From: Bacillota bacterium
Lineage (GTDB): Bacteria > Bacillota > Negativicutes > CTSoil-072
Assembly (NCBI GenBank): GCA_017889545.1
Contig: JAGFZV010000016.1
Location: forward strand, 9,124-73,123
DNA: 64,000 nt
Direction of reading: 5' to 3'
Shown here: in pieces, positions 1 to 9,230 of the stretch
Numbering within the stretch: the stretch's first letter is position 1
How the letters are laid out: every line of letters starts with the position of its first letter
Notes under the pieces: model-generated
What the model was told of the DNA's origin: nothing
Seen by the model: only the letters and a program-made list of their open reading frames with translations
The model's database searches: none
Translations under genes and position numbers: made by a program

Positions 1-104
1 TATCATGAAAACATATACCCAAATTTCTCAGTTCATCTCTGCCAACCAAAAACATATGGCAAAAAACACGCAAGTATGCGGGTTTCAATTCGGATCTTTT
101 AAAA

Positions 105-530
105 TTATTTTGAAGTTTCTTCCCATAATCGGAACAGGTCGGCAACATATTCCGCAACACACTGATCGTCTGCAGGAGCCAATCCACTCACGCCCACCGC
201 CCCTAGAATATTGCCGTCCGTATCCTTTAGTAATGTTCCGCCTGGCAAAGCTGTCAGCAAAGGATCACAAAAATTGCTAATCTCCAACTCTTCTTTACGC
301 AACCGGGCGAGAAAGGCCTCCGTCGACGATTCCATGCGGCTGGCAGTGTAAGCCTTGCTTATGGAAATCTGCACAGTCCTAATCGGCGCTTCTTCCATTC
401 TGGCAAATGCCTTCAGCAATCCATAAGGATCGCAGATAGCGATACTGATAGGTCGACCATATTCGTGTTGTGCTTTCTTACCAGCGCGTTCGAGCAGTAC
501 CTTGGCACAGTCAAGCGTTAAAAAACTCAT
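105..530 (-). CDS. GlcG/HbpS-like heme-binding protein (DUF336 family)
   Basis: 141-aa ORF with the GlcG pattern (AICDPYG..LKAFARMEEA...SISKAYTA...GNILGAVGVSGLAPADDQCVAEY) seen in E. coli GlcG and PduO C-terminal domains. Confidence 0.55.
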   Translation of the reverse strand: MSFLTLDCAKVLLERAGKKAQHEYGRPISIAICDPYGLLKAFARMEEAPIRTVQISISKAYTASRMESSTEAFLARLRKEELEISNFCDPLLTALPGGTLLKDTDGNILGAVGVSGLAPADDQCVAEYVADLFRLWEETSK

Positions 531-544
531 ATTTTCCTCCCCCT

Positions 545-1360
545 TTAGCTACCAGCAATAAATTCTTTCACTATTTTCGACACATCACTTTTTCTTTCTA
601 TAGGCAACATGTGTGTTTCATTCTCAAAAAGCCACAGTTTAGCCCTGGGTATCTTCTCTGCAGTGATTTTAAATTCATCAACCCCAAAAAACTGATCCCG
701 TGTCCCTCCTATTATGAGCGTTTTTGCCCGTATCTCACGTAAATAATTAATATTTTTATACACATCTTCAGAAAAAATTTCTGCCAAGCTGCATTGAATT
801 GCCGGACTAGGTTTTAGTTTTTTTAGGATATTCGCTTTATCTTTCCATATCATGAACTTTGCCAGCCAGTTGAATGAAGGCCGCCGAAATAAAAGGCGGT
901 ACTCTTTGATTAAATCATAAAAATGTTCATTATTTGCTAAATCCAGCATGTGATCGACTTTCATTTTGCCATTAACAGAAAATTGGCAAGCAGAAATCAA
1001 TAGCACTAGCCTCTCTGTCATTTCAGGATATCTGGCGGCAAACCTTATCGCCACGAATCCGCCAAAGGAAATACCAACTACTGCAGCCGCTCCCCCCATC
1101 TCCTTTACGATCTGTGCAAAATCATCCGCTATCTGATCTAAATTGTATTGCCTGACAGGAGATTCTTCGTAACCAAGTATATAATATGTATATCCTTCAG
1201 GAACGTATTCCTGGAAAACATCCAGATAATTCTTTAAACCGCTTTCGGCCAAACCCATTAAAAAAGCGCTTCCTCCATAAAAAAAAACGATATTTTGGGA
1301 ACCAGCGCCACTTTTGATATATGGGATTTTCCCCAAGAACAAGCCGGTTTCAAAAATCAT
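545..1360 (-). CDS. alpha/beta-fold hydrolase
   Basis: 271-aa ORF with a GxSxG nucleophile elbow (GISFGG) and alpha/beta hydrolase layout. RBS GGTGGAGGG lies upstream of the ATG. Confidence 0.55.
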   Translation of the reverse strand: MIFETGLFLGKIPYIKSGAGSQNIVFFYGGSAFLMGLAESGLKNYLDVFQEYVPEGYTYYILGYEESPVRQYNLDQIADDFAQIVKEMGGAAAVVGISFGGFVAIRFAARYPEMTERLVLLISACQFSVNGKMKVDHMLDLANNEHFYDLIKEYRLLFRRPSFNWLAKFMIWKDKANILKKLKPSPAIQCSLAEIFSEDVYKNINYLREIRAKTLIIGGTRDQFFGVDEFKITAEKIPRAKLWLFENETHMLPIERKSDVSKIVKEFIAGS

Positions 1361-1590
1361 TACTAACCCTCCACCGTGTATACCATAATGAGAGTTTACT
1401 GAATGATAACATTCTATTTAGTTTTTAATATAGTTTCTTAGAGCCGTTTTAGCTTGGAAATTCATTGAATAACTCTTTTTTCACACATTATAGATTCATT
1501 ATCAAGCTTCGCCATTCCTGCAAGGATTTTTGCAGCATCTCAATTTACCATAAAAAGGTTCTCCCATTTGTCTTTCATTTGTGTCCGCAC

Positions 1591-1627
1591 ATTTGTGATG
1601 GGCAAGAATTTCTTGCCCATCACAAAT
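1591..1627. promoter_or_regulatory. 37-bp perfect palindrome (17-bp arms, 3-nt centre) between nhaC stop and hydrolase start
   Basis: atttgtgatgggcaagaa-ttcttgcccatcacaaat read directly. No strong U-tract follows on either strand, so it could be a weak terminator for nhaC or a regulator operator. Confidence 0.35.
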
Positions 1628-1649
1628 TACAATGATATTTCCAAAATTG

Positions 1650-3092
1650 TTAACTAACACTAGCCTTTTGCTTTTCTTCAACATTAACTTCCTTCTTATT
1701 TCTAAAAGAAGTCCCATCCGTCCGCCAAATTGCAAACCCGGTATATCCATAAGCAATGGAAAACAATGGGATGATCCAATTCAGGATTGCGTATGGAGCA
1801 TATTCGTAGGCGCTCACGCCAAGAACGCCCAAAATATAAAACGCATGGACACTCCACGGGATGAGCGGACAACCGATCGTCCCGGCATCTTCACACGTCC
1901 GGGATAGAACGCGCAAGTTGATTCCCCGGTCTTTAAACGTCTGGGCAAATGCTCTGGCAGGAATAATTACCGCTACCATCTGGCTGCCGGTACCTAATAG
2001 GATGATATAACATGAAACGACAACAGACACAATCAGCCGTCCGGTATTATGAGCCCAGCGCAATGCCGCTTCGATCAACACTTCCAGCGCCCGCATCTTT
2101 TCCAATACACCACCAAAAGCTACGCCGGTTATGAGCAGGACGAGCGTTCCCATGATGCTGCTGATCCCGCCCCGGGACAGCAAGACGTCCACCTGCTTCA
2201 AGCCGGTCGTCGATTTATAACCAGCCATCATGGATCCAAGAATTTCTTTTAAAGCCGCGCCCTGCAGCAGCCAAGCCGCGATCGCTCCCGCCGCTACGCA
2301 AACCATCAGCAGCGGAATCGCCGGATACCGCCGGTAAGCCAATACCATCAGCAAAACCGGCGGAAGCAGCGTCAGCAAAGACGTGTTGAACTTGCCGCTG
2401 ATCGCCTGTAAAATCAAGGGTATATTGCCGCTTGCTGACGCCTCAGGCGTATTGGACATTCCCAAAAACAAGTAAATCAGCGCCGAGACAACCGCTGCCG
2501 GAATGGTCGTCCACATCATCGAGGCAATATGAGGAAACAGCGGCACTTCACAGACAGATGCCGTAATGTTTGTCGAATCCGAAACCGGCGACATTTTATC
2601 GCCAAAATAAGCTCCCGACACGATCGCACCCACTACCATCGGCAATGGATATCCGAGTGCCTGCCCCACTCCCAGCAGAGCAACCCCAACCGTTCCCATT
2701 GTCCCAAATGACGTCCCCGTTGCGGTAGATGCAACAACACACAACAAAAATGCCGTCATCAAAAACGTCGTTGGCGATATCAGCGTCAAACCCCAGTAAA
2801 CAATGGTGGGAATTGTTCCCGCTAATATCCACACACCGATCAACATGCCAACCGCAATCAAAATCAGAATGGCAACCATGACGCGGGAGATGGAATCGAT
2901 CATTCCTTTCTCAAGTTCTTCCCAGGAATAGCCCGATCCCGCCGCAAATAAGCAGGCAATGATCGTCGCAAGGACCAGCGGCAAGATGGCGCCGATCTTC
3001 AAAATAGCCGTCCCGTAGAGGATAATGCCAACCGGTATCAAAAAAGCCAATAACGCGACAAGGGTAGATGGTTTTCTTTCGACGTTGCTCAT
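1650..3092 (-). CDS. nhaC: Na+/H+ antiporter NhaC family membrane protein
   Basis: 480-aa highly hydrophobic multi-TM ORF matching the NhaC antiporter family. RBS GGGAGGAAAG precedes the ATG; the ATGA start overlaps the upstream gene stop. Confidence 0.6.
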   Translation of the reverse strand: MSNVERKPSTLVALLAFLIPVGIILYGTAILKIGAILPLVLATIIACLFAAGSGYSWEELEKGMIDSISRVMVAILILIAVGMLIGVWILAGTIPTIVYWGLTLISPTTFLMTAFLLCVVASTATGTSFGTMGTVGVALLGVGQALGYPLPMVVGAIVSGAYFGDKMSPVSDSTNITASVCEVPLFPHIASMMWTTIPAAVVSALIYLFLGMSNTPEASASGNIPLILQAISGKFNTSLLTLLPPVLLMVLAYRRYPAIPLLMVCVAAGAIAAWLLQGAALKEILGSMMAGYKSTTGLKQVDVLLSRGGISSIMGTLVLLITGVAFGGVLEKMRALEVLIEAALRWAHNTGRLIVSVVVSCYIILLGTGSQMVAVIIPARAFAQTFKDRGINLRVLSRTCEDAGTIGCPLIPWSVHAFYILGVLGVSAYEYAPYAILNWIIPLFSIAYGYTGFAIWRTDGTSFRNKKEVNVEEKQKASVS

Positions 3093-4540
3093 GAATCACT
3101 TTCCTCCCCTTCTCCTGCAGCAGCAACACATAACGCAGTATCGCCCTGAAATGGTATAACTCCCGGGACCGCAATTTCTCTTTTCCAACCCCCGGGTGAT
3201 GCTCCCGGCATGCGGAATGTTTTTACATCAAGCGGTTTCACAGGTGTTTCCAGCGGTTGACTAAGCTGAGGTATCCAGTCATACGGCACGCGATAGGCCC
3301 GATAAATCATATTAATCTTAAATTGTTTGCCCCAGTACGGACTGATATATTCCCATACAATTTCATGATCAGCCGTAACCTCAATGAGTCTCCCCCCGGA
3401 ACCTTCCGTAATCAATGTATTTCCATTCGGCAATCGCTGCGCTCCGCTGATAAACGGGCTATAAAAACGGCTGGCGTCAACCGGAACAATATAACCTGCT
3501 TCCGCCGGCGTATACTGCCAAACAATTTTTAGCGAAACGGGATCAAATTCGAGCACCCTGGAGTAGTCTCTGAGCGCATTCATCCTGCCGGTAGGAGAAC
3601 CAGGATTTGGCGCCCCGTAGCCGCCCCATCCGCCGTTATCAAAGACGATAATATTGCCTTCTCCCGGCAAACCGCGTGGAATCATATGAGCATGATGCTG
3701 TCCGATGATCCAGCCAAGCTTTTTCAATTCCTCGCTTGTATCGTATTCAGGCCCGACTTTCCAAACAATTTTGCCGGTTTTTTTGCTGATAATGGCGATA
3801 ATATTGGCTTCCCGTCCGTCCCAGATAATATTGTCGGGGTGAAACCGTTCGTCACCGGCATCATACCATTTATTCGGTCCAAGCACAGACATAGAGTTTA
3901 TATGCATCCAGTCACCCATCCCGCCGCCGGCGGAACGCATGTTAGGATCACGGAACAAAATGTTTTTGGCTGCTTCACTGAAGCCAAATTCATCAAAATG
4001 CTCGTTGCAATTCCATTCCCAAACAATATCTCCGTCCCAATTCACTTCGATGATGCTGTCATCCAGAAGCACTTTATCGCTGATTTTGGGATTCTTAACA
4101 TTCTTATGCACAAGTATCAACGTGTTGCCGCTGTCGACTTTCGGGTCCATCCCCGGCACATAGTAGCCTACCGGATTGCCTTCTCTTTGATAATCATGAT
4201 GCTGTCTTGCCATCCAGCGCGGTTTTTCGCCTGGATCTTCAATAAATTCGTGTTTGTCAAACTTCCACACGATATTTCCATCCCAGTCAATTTGAACTAA
4301 ATCGACTAAATCCTGCATTCCAAAGGCGTTGTTTCTTTCACCGCTTTGCCCCATGACATAACCGCCGGGCAAAATTTTGTTAGGAAAACCATGCAATCCT
4401 TTCCAGAGTTGAAGTTCTGTCCCGTTCATGTCCATTAACATAGCGCCGAGTTCCCTGGCAGGAAAGATCGTGTACCCGTTCCAACATTTCTGTGGATTGT
4501 AAACTGTAACTCCGGTTGGATAAACACTGGGGTAAGACAT
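3089..4540 (-). CDS. arylsulfotransferase (ASST)-like beta-propeller protein
   Basis: The ORF track gives 3089..4696. The start is reset to the internal ATG (MSYPSVYP...) preceded by AAAGGAGGAGAAAAATTT. The W/D-rich repeats (WDGNIVWKF, VNWDGDIVWEW, KIVWKVGPEY, EIVWEY) fit the ASST propeller family. Confidence 0.45.
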   Translation of the reverse strand: MSYPSVYPTGVTVYNPQKCWNGYTIFPARELGAMLMDMNGTELQLWKGLHGFPNKILPGGYVMGQSGERNNAFGMQDLVDLVQIDWDGNIVWKFDKHEFIEDPGEKPRWMARQHHDYQREGNPVGYYVPGMDPKVDSGNTLILVHKNVKNPKISDKVLLDDSIIEVNWDGDIVWEWNCNEHFDEFGFSEAAKNILFRDPNMRSAGGGMGDWMHINSMSVLGPNKWYDAGDERFHPDNIIWDGREANIIAIISKKTGKIVWKVGPEYDTSEELKKLGWIIGQHHAHMIPRGLPGEGNIIVFDNGGWGGYGAPNPGSPTGRMNALRDYSRVLEFDPVSLKIVWQYTPAEAGYIVPVDASRFYSPFISGAQRLPNGNTLITEGSGGRLIEVTADHEIVWEYISPYWGKQFKINMIYRAYRVPYDWIPQLSQPLETPVKPLDVKTFRMPGASPGGWKREIAVPGVIPFQGDTALCVAAAGEGEESDS

Positions 4541-4565
4541 AAATTTTTCTCCTCCTTTATAAAAT

Positions 4566-5672
4566 TTACTTGGCAACAAATTTTCCTTGCAGGTGCAAAA
4601 TTTTATCCAGTTTTTCCTCCGCAATATGATCGGCGACTCTGTATGTCGGAACATTTGTTTTCTGAGAAATTTCAAAAATGCGGCTGACTGTCTCATAAAT
4701 TAAGCTGGCATTTTTAAACGCACGATCTTTATTAAACCCTTCAAATTCATCGGCTACCGCAATCAGTCCGCCGGCATTGACCACATAATCCGGCGCATAG
4801 AAAATCCCTTTTTCATGCAGGATATCACCATAACATGGGTCCGCCAATTGATTATTCGCCGCTCCGCAAATTGCTTTGCATTGAAACTGCGAAATGGTTT
4901 CGCCATTAATAATTGCTCCCATGGCATTAGGAGAAAGAATGTCGCATTCTACGCCTAATATCTCGTCTGGCTGAACCATCTTAATTGCCGGATATGCTGC
5001 ACTGACAGCATGAACATTATCCTCAAAGATGTCAGTAGCAATCACCAAAGCCTTTTCGCTTAACAAATGTTTCACCAATTCCTGCCCCACTTTGCCAAGC
5101 CCCTGAACAGCAACCGTTAATCCTTCCAGAGAATCACTTCCAAATGCTTTTTTGGCTGTCGCTTTCATTCCTCTATATACCCCAAAAGCAGTAATGATGC
5201 CAGAGTTCCCGCTTCCGCCATACTCTTCCGGCAATCCATTCACAAAGTCGGTTTGCTTATGAGCCGAAACGAAATCCATACTTACGGTACCCACATCGGT
5301 TCCAGTCCAAAAACGTCCTTTCAAAGTTTCAACAAACGAGCCTAACGCTTGAAAAAGTTCATCGGATTTTTCGTCCTTCGGATCACCGATGATCACTGTT
5401 TTTCCGCCGCCGCACATGACATTGGAAATAGCACATTTATAGGTCATGCCGCGCGAAAGACGCAATGCATCAATGATAGCATCTTTTTCTGACCGGTAAT
5501 TCCACATCCGGCATCCGCCCAGCGCCGGTCCCAGGGTAGTGTCATGGATCCCAATAATTGCCTTTAATCCTGTCGCTTTGTCATAATTAAAAATCAGTTG
5601 TTCATGTCCATGTTTTTCCATTTGTTCAAAAATACTGAATTCTTGTTCTCTGTTTGCAGTCAATTCTACCAT
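4566..5672 (-). CDS. Glu/Leu/Phe/Val dehydrogenase family enzyme (leucine/phenylalanine dehydrogenase-like)
   Basis: N-terminal block ...KAIIGIHDTTLGPALGGCRMW and the catalytic Lys motif CGGGKTVIIGDP match this family. The start is set at the internal ATG (MVELTAN...) with RBS AGAGAGGA. Confidence 0.7.
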   Translation of the reverse strand: MVELTANREQEFSIFEQMEKHGHEQLIFNYDKATGLKAIIGIHDTTLGPALGGCRMWNYRSEKDAIIDALRLSRGMTYKCAISNVMCGGGKTVIIGDPKDEKSDELFQALGSFVETLKGRFWTGTDVGTVSMDFVSAHKQTDFVNGLPEEYGGSGNSGIITAFGVYRGMKATAKKAFGSDSLEGLTVAVQGLGKVGQELVKHLLSEKALVIATDIFEDNVHAVSAAYPAIKMVQPDEILGVECDILSPNAMGAIINGETISQFQCKAICGAANNQLADPCYGDILHEKGIFYAPDYVVNAGGLIAVADEFEGFNKDRAFKNASLIYETVSRIFEISQKTNVPTYRVADHIAEEKLDKILHLQGKFVAK

Positions 5673-5932
5673 TCCTCTCTTTTCAAAAGATCCGTGCAGA
5701 TAACTCAAACCAAACCCACTCTTGTCAGTCAACCCGGTTCCATTCATGGTTTCACCTTGTCCTATTTTCATCATAGTCCAACTTTTCACATAAATCTGTT
5801 GTCAACTTTACTTTTTATAAAATATTACAACGTGTTAAAGCCTGATCATTCGCATAAATAATCTCACTTATGGCGAAAAGCATTAATGACTTTATAGTCT
5901 ATTCAGAATATAATATATTTACTTAGGTAATA

Positions 5933-6643
5933 ATGGAGAAGGGAGTGCTTGGGCTGAATAAACAAAATACCGATTTACTGGCTTCACCTTGGATCCGCAT
6001 CAACCCCAACATAGACTGGGATCATATCTTAGCAACCAGCAATGTCCGTGTGTGTAAAAAAGGCGATGTGATTATTAATGCCGGCGACTCAATTGAATCT
6101 CTATATTTTCTAAAAACAGGACGAATAAAAACAATTGCAATCAGTTCTGCCGGAAACCAAAAAATCATCTGGTATATCGATCATGACTGTTTTTTTGGCG
6201 AAACTCCTTTTTTCAACCACAAAACATGCGATTATATTTTTGTTGCAGACACGGAATGCGAAATTTATCTTTTCCCGCGCGAAATCGTCCAAAAAGAGAT
6301 CATTCCTAATCATTCCGATATCACCTTATCCATTATTGAAACATTAGCCCGTAAAGTACATATATTATCGACCCAAGTGGAAGATTTTACGTTTAGCAAG
6401 GCGATCATTCGTATTGCCAAAGTGATCTACTTTTTTTATGAAGGATATGCGCTTACTGAAAAGAAAGTACCTCTGAAAATACCCCTGACTCAGGAAATCA
6501 TAGCAGAAATGGTCGGCATACATCGAGTAACGGTAAATCAAGTTCTTAAACAATTTAAAAGTCAGCAAATTTTAGAAGAGCATTCGCATTTAATCATCAT
6601 CAAAAATTTAGAAAAACTAAAAGAAATTATTTATTCGAGTTAA
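5933..6643 (+). CDS. Crp/Fnr family transcriptional regulator
   Basis: A 236-aa cNMP-binding beta-barrel followed by a C-terminal HTH (EIIAEMVGIHRVTVNQVLK). Confidence 0.6.
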   Translation: MEKGVLGLNKQNTDLLASPWIRINPNIDWDHILATSNVRVCKKGDVIINAGDSIESLYFLKTGRIKTIAISSAGNQKIIWYIDHDCFFGETPFFNHKTCDYIFVADTECEIYLFPREIVQKEIIPNHSDITLSIIETLARKVHILSTQVEDFTFSKAIIRIAKVIYFFYEGYALTEKKVPLKIPLTQEIIAEMVGIHRVTVNQVLKQFKSQQILEEHSHLIIIKNLEKLKEIIYSS

Positions 6644-6731
6644 ACATCCAAATATGTTGTAAAATAACCCCATTTTTAATCGTACCACTATATAATATGC
6701 CTTTGTGGCCTTCAGATAAAAACGCATAAAC

Positions 6732-6775
6732 AAAGAAACCGTTAAGGCTGGTCTTCCAGCTTTAACGGTTTCTTT
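6732..6775. terminator. bidirectional Rho-independent terminator between convergent crp (+) and gntR (-)
   Basis: Perfect 13-bp stem aagaaaccgttaa/ttaacggtttctt flanked by A- and T-runs. Confidence 0.55.
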
Positions 6776-6888
6776 TACGCCATGATTCAGAGAACCTTGC
6801 CGAAGTCTATGAACAACTTCCATCAAATAGTATTTTAAGAAATCCTTTACAAAAAATTGCTCATTCCTGTATTTAACACTTGTTGAAG

Positions 6889-7578
6889 TTAAAAAAAGGT
6901 CCGAACAAATTGCATATGTTCCGCCATTGCATCGCGAGCTTGCTTAGCGTTCCCAGTAGTAATACTTTCATAAATCAGTATATGCTGTTTTAATAAAACT
7001 TTAGAGTTTTCAGGGTTAGCAATAATTAAACGATGCATAGTGCCAATGTAAGATCTGACAACCTCATGAATAGAAGAATATAAATAATACAGCAACTTAT
7101 TGTGACTTGCCATGACAATTAAAGTGTGAAAATCTTTATCAATCTCTGCCAATTTAGACTCTTCCTGCGAATTTATCAATTGTTCTATGTATTCCTTCAA
7201 AGTTGCTTTTTCTTCCGGACTAATCCTTTCCGCAGCCAAACCGGCACACTGAATTTCCAGGATAGATCTCACTTCACTCAATTCAGTTAGATTGTCTTCT
7301 AGCGCATAAATCAGAGAAAGAGGTTCAAACAATTTTTCTTGAGGAAAAGAATCTGCAACAAAAGTGCCGCGGCCATGAGAACTAACAAGAAGGCCCATCA
7401 TTTCCAATGAACGCAATGCCTCTCGCACTGCAGAACGGCTTACCCCTAATCGGCTGGCTAGTTCTCGTTCTGATGGCAATTTATCTCCTTTGCGCAATTT
7501 CTTATGATAGACCATCTGCTTGATTTGATCGGTCACCAATTTATATATTTTAGATGTCACAATTTGCTGAAATTCCAT
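6889..7578 (-). CDS. GntR family (FadR/FCD subfamily) transcriptional regulator
   Basis: N-terminal GntR wHTH (LPSERELASRLGVSRSAVREALRSLEMMGLL) plus an FCD-type C-terminal domain. RBS AAAGGAG. It sits next to larA and the lactate operon, consistent with a LutR/LldR-like role. Confidence 0.7.
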   Translation of the reverse strand: MEFQQIVTSKIYKLVTDQIKQMVYHKKLRKGDKLPSERELASRLGVSRSAVREALRSLEMMGLLVSSHGRGTFVADSFPQEKLFEPLSLIYALEDNLTELSEVRSILEIQCAGLAAERISPEEKATLKEYIEQLINSQEESKLAEIDKDFHTLIVMASHNKLLYYLYSSIHEVVRSYIGTMHRLIIANPENSKVLLKQHILIYESITTGNAKQARDAMAEHMQFVRTFF

Positions 7579-7612
7579 ATTGTGGTCTCCTTTTCACCAA
7601 GCAGGTGATGCG

Positions 7613-7656
7613 CATTGCCCAATAGCCTGTCAAATCTTGACTATGCTATTGGGCAA
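7613..7656. promoter_or_regulatory. 13-bp inverted repeat (attgcccaatagc ... gctattgggcaat) with an internal gtcaaatcttgac palindrome, between gntR start and larA stop
   Basis: Read directly. No U-tract follows on the minus strand, so it is more likely an operator (GntR autoregulation) than a terminator. Confidence 0.3.
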
Positions 7657-7852
7657 TACTGGTAGATTATTGTATATGATCAATTCGTTACGCTTCGGTC
7701 TGATTCCTGTTGGAACTACAATATAACTATTGAATTGCTTCAGGGTATTTCACCAAAAGTAATTCTAGGAACAACCAAAATCCTGCGACAGAGTTGTTAA
7801 CCAAATACCCCAAGATACTTTTATAACGGTTTACTTTATTATTTTGCCGCAT

Positions 7853-9130
7853 TTACTCTTTCACAATAACAGATACGCCGTCAGGAATAACTGTTATCTT
7901 AGCTTCTTTCCCTACTAGCTCTTCCGCCATAATCATGGCTTCCTCAAGAGAGCTGGCAGCACGCATATGCATACTTTCGATCAGGCGATGATCACATTGA
8001 TCGGTAACAATGATGATTTTGTGCCTGATCTGTATACGAGCCAAAATTTGGGCTTCCCACTGATCTGCAATTGTTGAGAAGGCATCAATAGCCATAATCT
8101 TGTCCAATATTTCTTGTGGACTGCTTGCTTTTGCAAACCAATTATAAAAAGCGTCACCACCATGTCCATCGTTACAGGCAGAACAAATAATAATAACTCC
8201 GCCTTTTTTGCATGTTGCTTCTGCCGCTGACATGCCTTTTACGCTTTGGTAGATATTTTGATCCAACGGATATCCACCGTTCGAAGTAATGACAATATCG
8301 GCTGGCTTCGCATCTACCGCAGCCAATCTGCCAACAAAAATACAGCCTTCTTCATGTGCCTTTTCAAAGTCGCCGGCAAACGCTTTTATTACTTTTTTAT
8401 CCGCATCAATGACAACATTTACGATAAAGGCCAATTTAGCCTGACGGGCAGCGCTGATCATATCGCGGTGAAGCGGATTGCCTTCTAAAATACCCGTTCT
8501 GGCATTTTCTGAGGCAATAAAATTAGAACAGTGATTTGCCAGAACAGTAACTTGGCTTACAACTCCTGGCAAAACGCTTTTGCGTCCACCGGAAAATCCA
8601 GCGAAAAAGTGAGGTTCAATAAAGCCTTCAGAAACTAAAAGATCTGCCTCAGCTGCTACTTTATTCAGCAAAATATCTCCGCCAGATGGCAATTTCCCGA
8701 TATTGACCATATCCTCTTGTTTGCGTGAATCATGTATTACGATATTTTCCTCATTAACAATTTTTTCGCCGAACTTATTCAACAGCTCTTCTTGTGTGCT
8801 AGCCCGATGAAACCCAGTGGCAATCAACAGCGTAATACTGGCGTCAGGATTATCTGACCTGATTTCCTCTAATATCAGCGGCATAACAATTCTACTTGGT
8901 ACAGGCCTTGTGTGGTCACTGCTGATAATGACAATATTTTTTTTGTCCTTGGCTAAATCTCTCAGCCTGGCAGAATCAATTGGATGCTTCAATGCGCTCT
9001 GCACTAAATCTGTCTCACTGGCTTCCGGAGTATAATCATTCGCTTTGGAAGTCAATATTCCTAACAAACGCTCATCCGGCAGTTCGAAATCCATCGTTCG
9101 CTTGGCGTAGGGTATTTTTACAATTGCCAC
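7853..9130 (-). CDS. larA: nickel-pincer-nucleotide-dependent lactate racemase LarA (DUF2088)
   Basis: 425-aa ORF carrying the LarA-family SDHTRP motif and conserved His/Lys region. GTG start with RBS GGAGGG. It is the last gene of the lactate-utilisation operon. Confidence 0.75.
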   Translation of the reverse strand: MAIVKIPYAKRTMDFELPDERLLGILTSKANDYTPEASETDLVQSALKHPIDSARLRDLAKDKKNIVIISSDHTRPVPSRIVMPLILEEIRSDNPDASITLLIATGFHRASTQEELLNKFGEKIVNEENIVIHDSRKQEDMVNIGKLPSGGDILLNKVAAEADLLVSEGFIEPHFFAGFSGGRKSVLPGVVSQVTVLANHCSNFIASENARTGILEGNPLHRDMISAARQAKLAFIVNVVIDADKKVIKAFAGDFEKAHEEGCIFVGRLAAVDAKPADIVITSNGGYPLDQNIYQSVKGMSAAEATCKKGGVIIICSACNDGHGGDAFYNWFAKASSPQEILDKIMAIDAFSTIADQWEAQILARIQIRHKIIIVTDQCDHRLIESMHMRAASSLEEAMIMAEELVGKEAKITVIPDGVSVIVKE

Positions 9131-9230
9131 TTATCATTCCCTCCATACACAAAATTATTACATCATTTTTTTAAAAGCAATATTGAAATTATTCTTTGTA
9201 AAAAGAAATGGACTGAATTTTTTACTGTAT

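Noticed and set aside
5-280. Small ORFs at the window start (5-280, 470-742) and the many 60-120-aa ORFs listed throughout the track
   Set aside because: They overlap better-supported genes in other frames or strands, and lack RBS and domain signatures.
7613-7656. Reading the gntR/larA inverted repeat as an intrinsic terminator for larA
   Set aside because: On the minus strand, GC-neutral sequence follows the stem rather than a U-tract.
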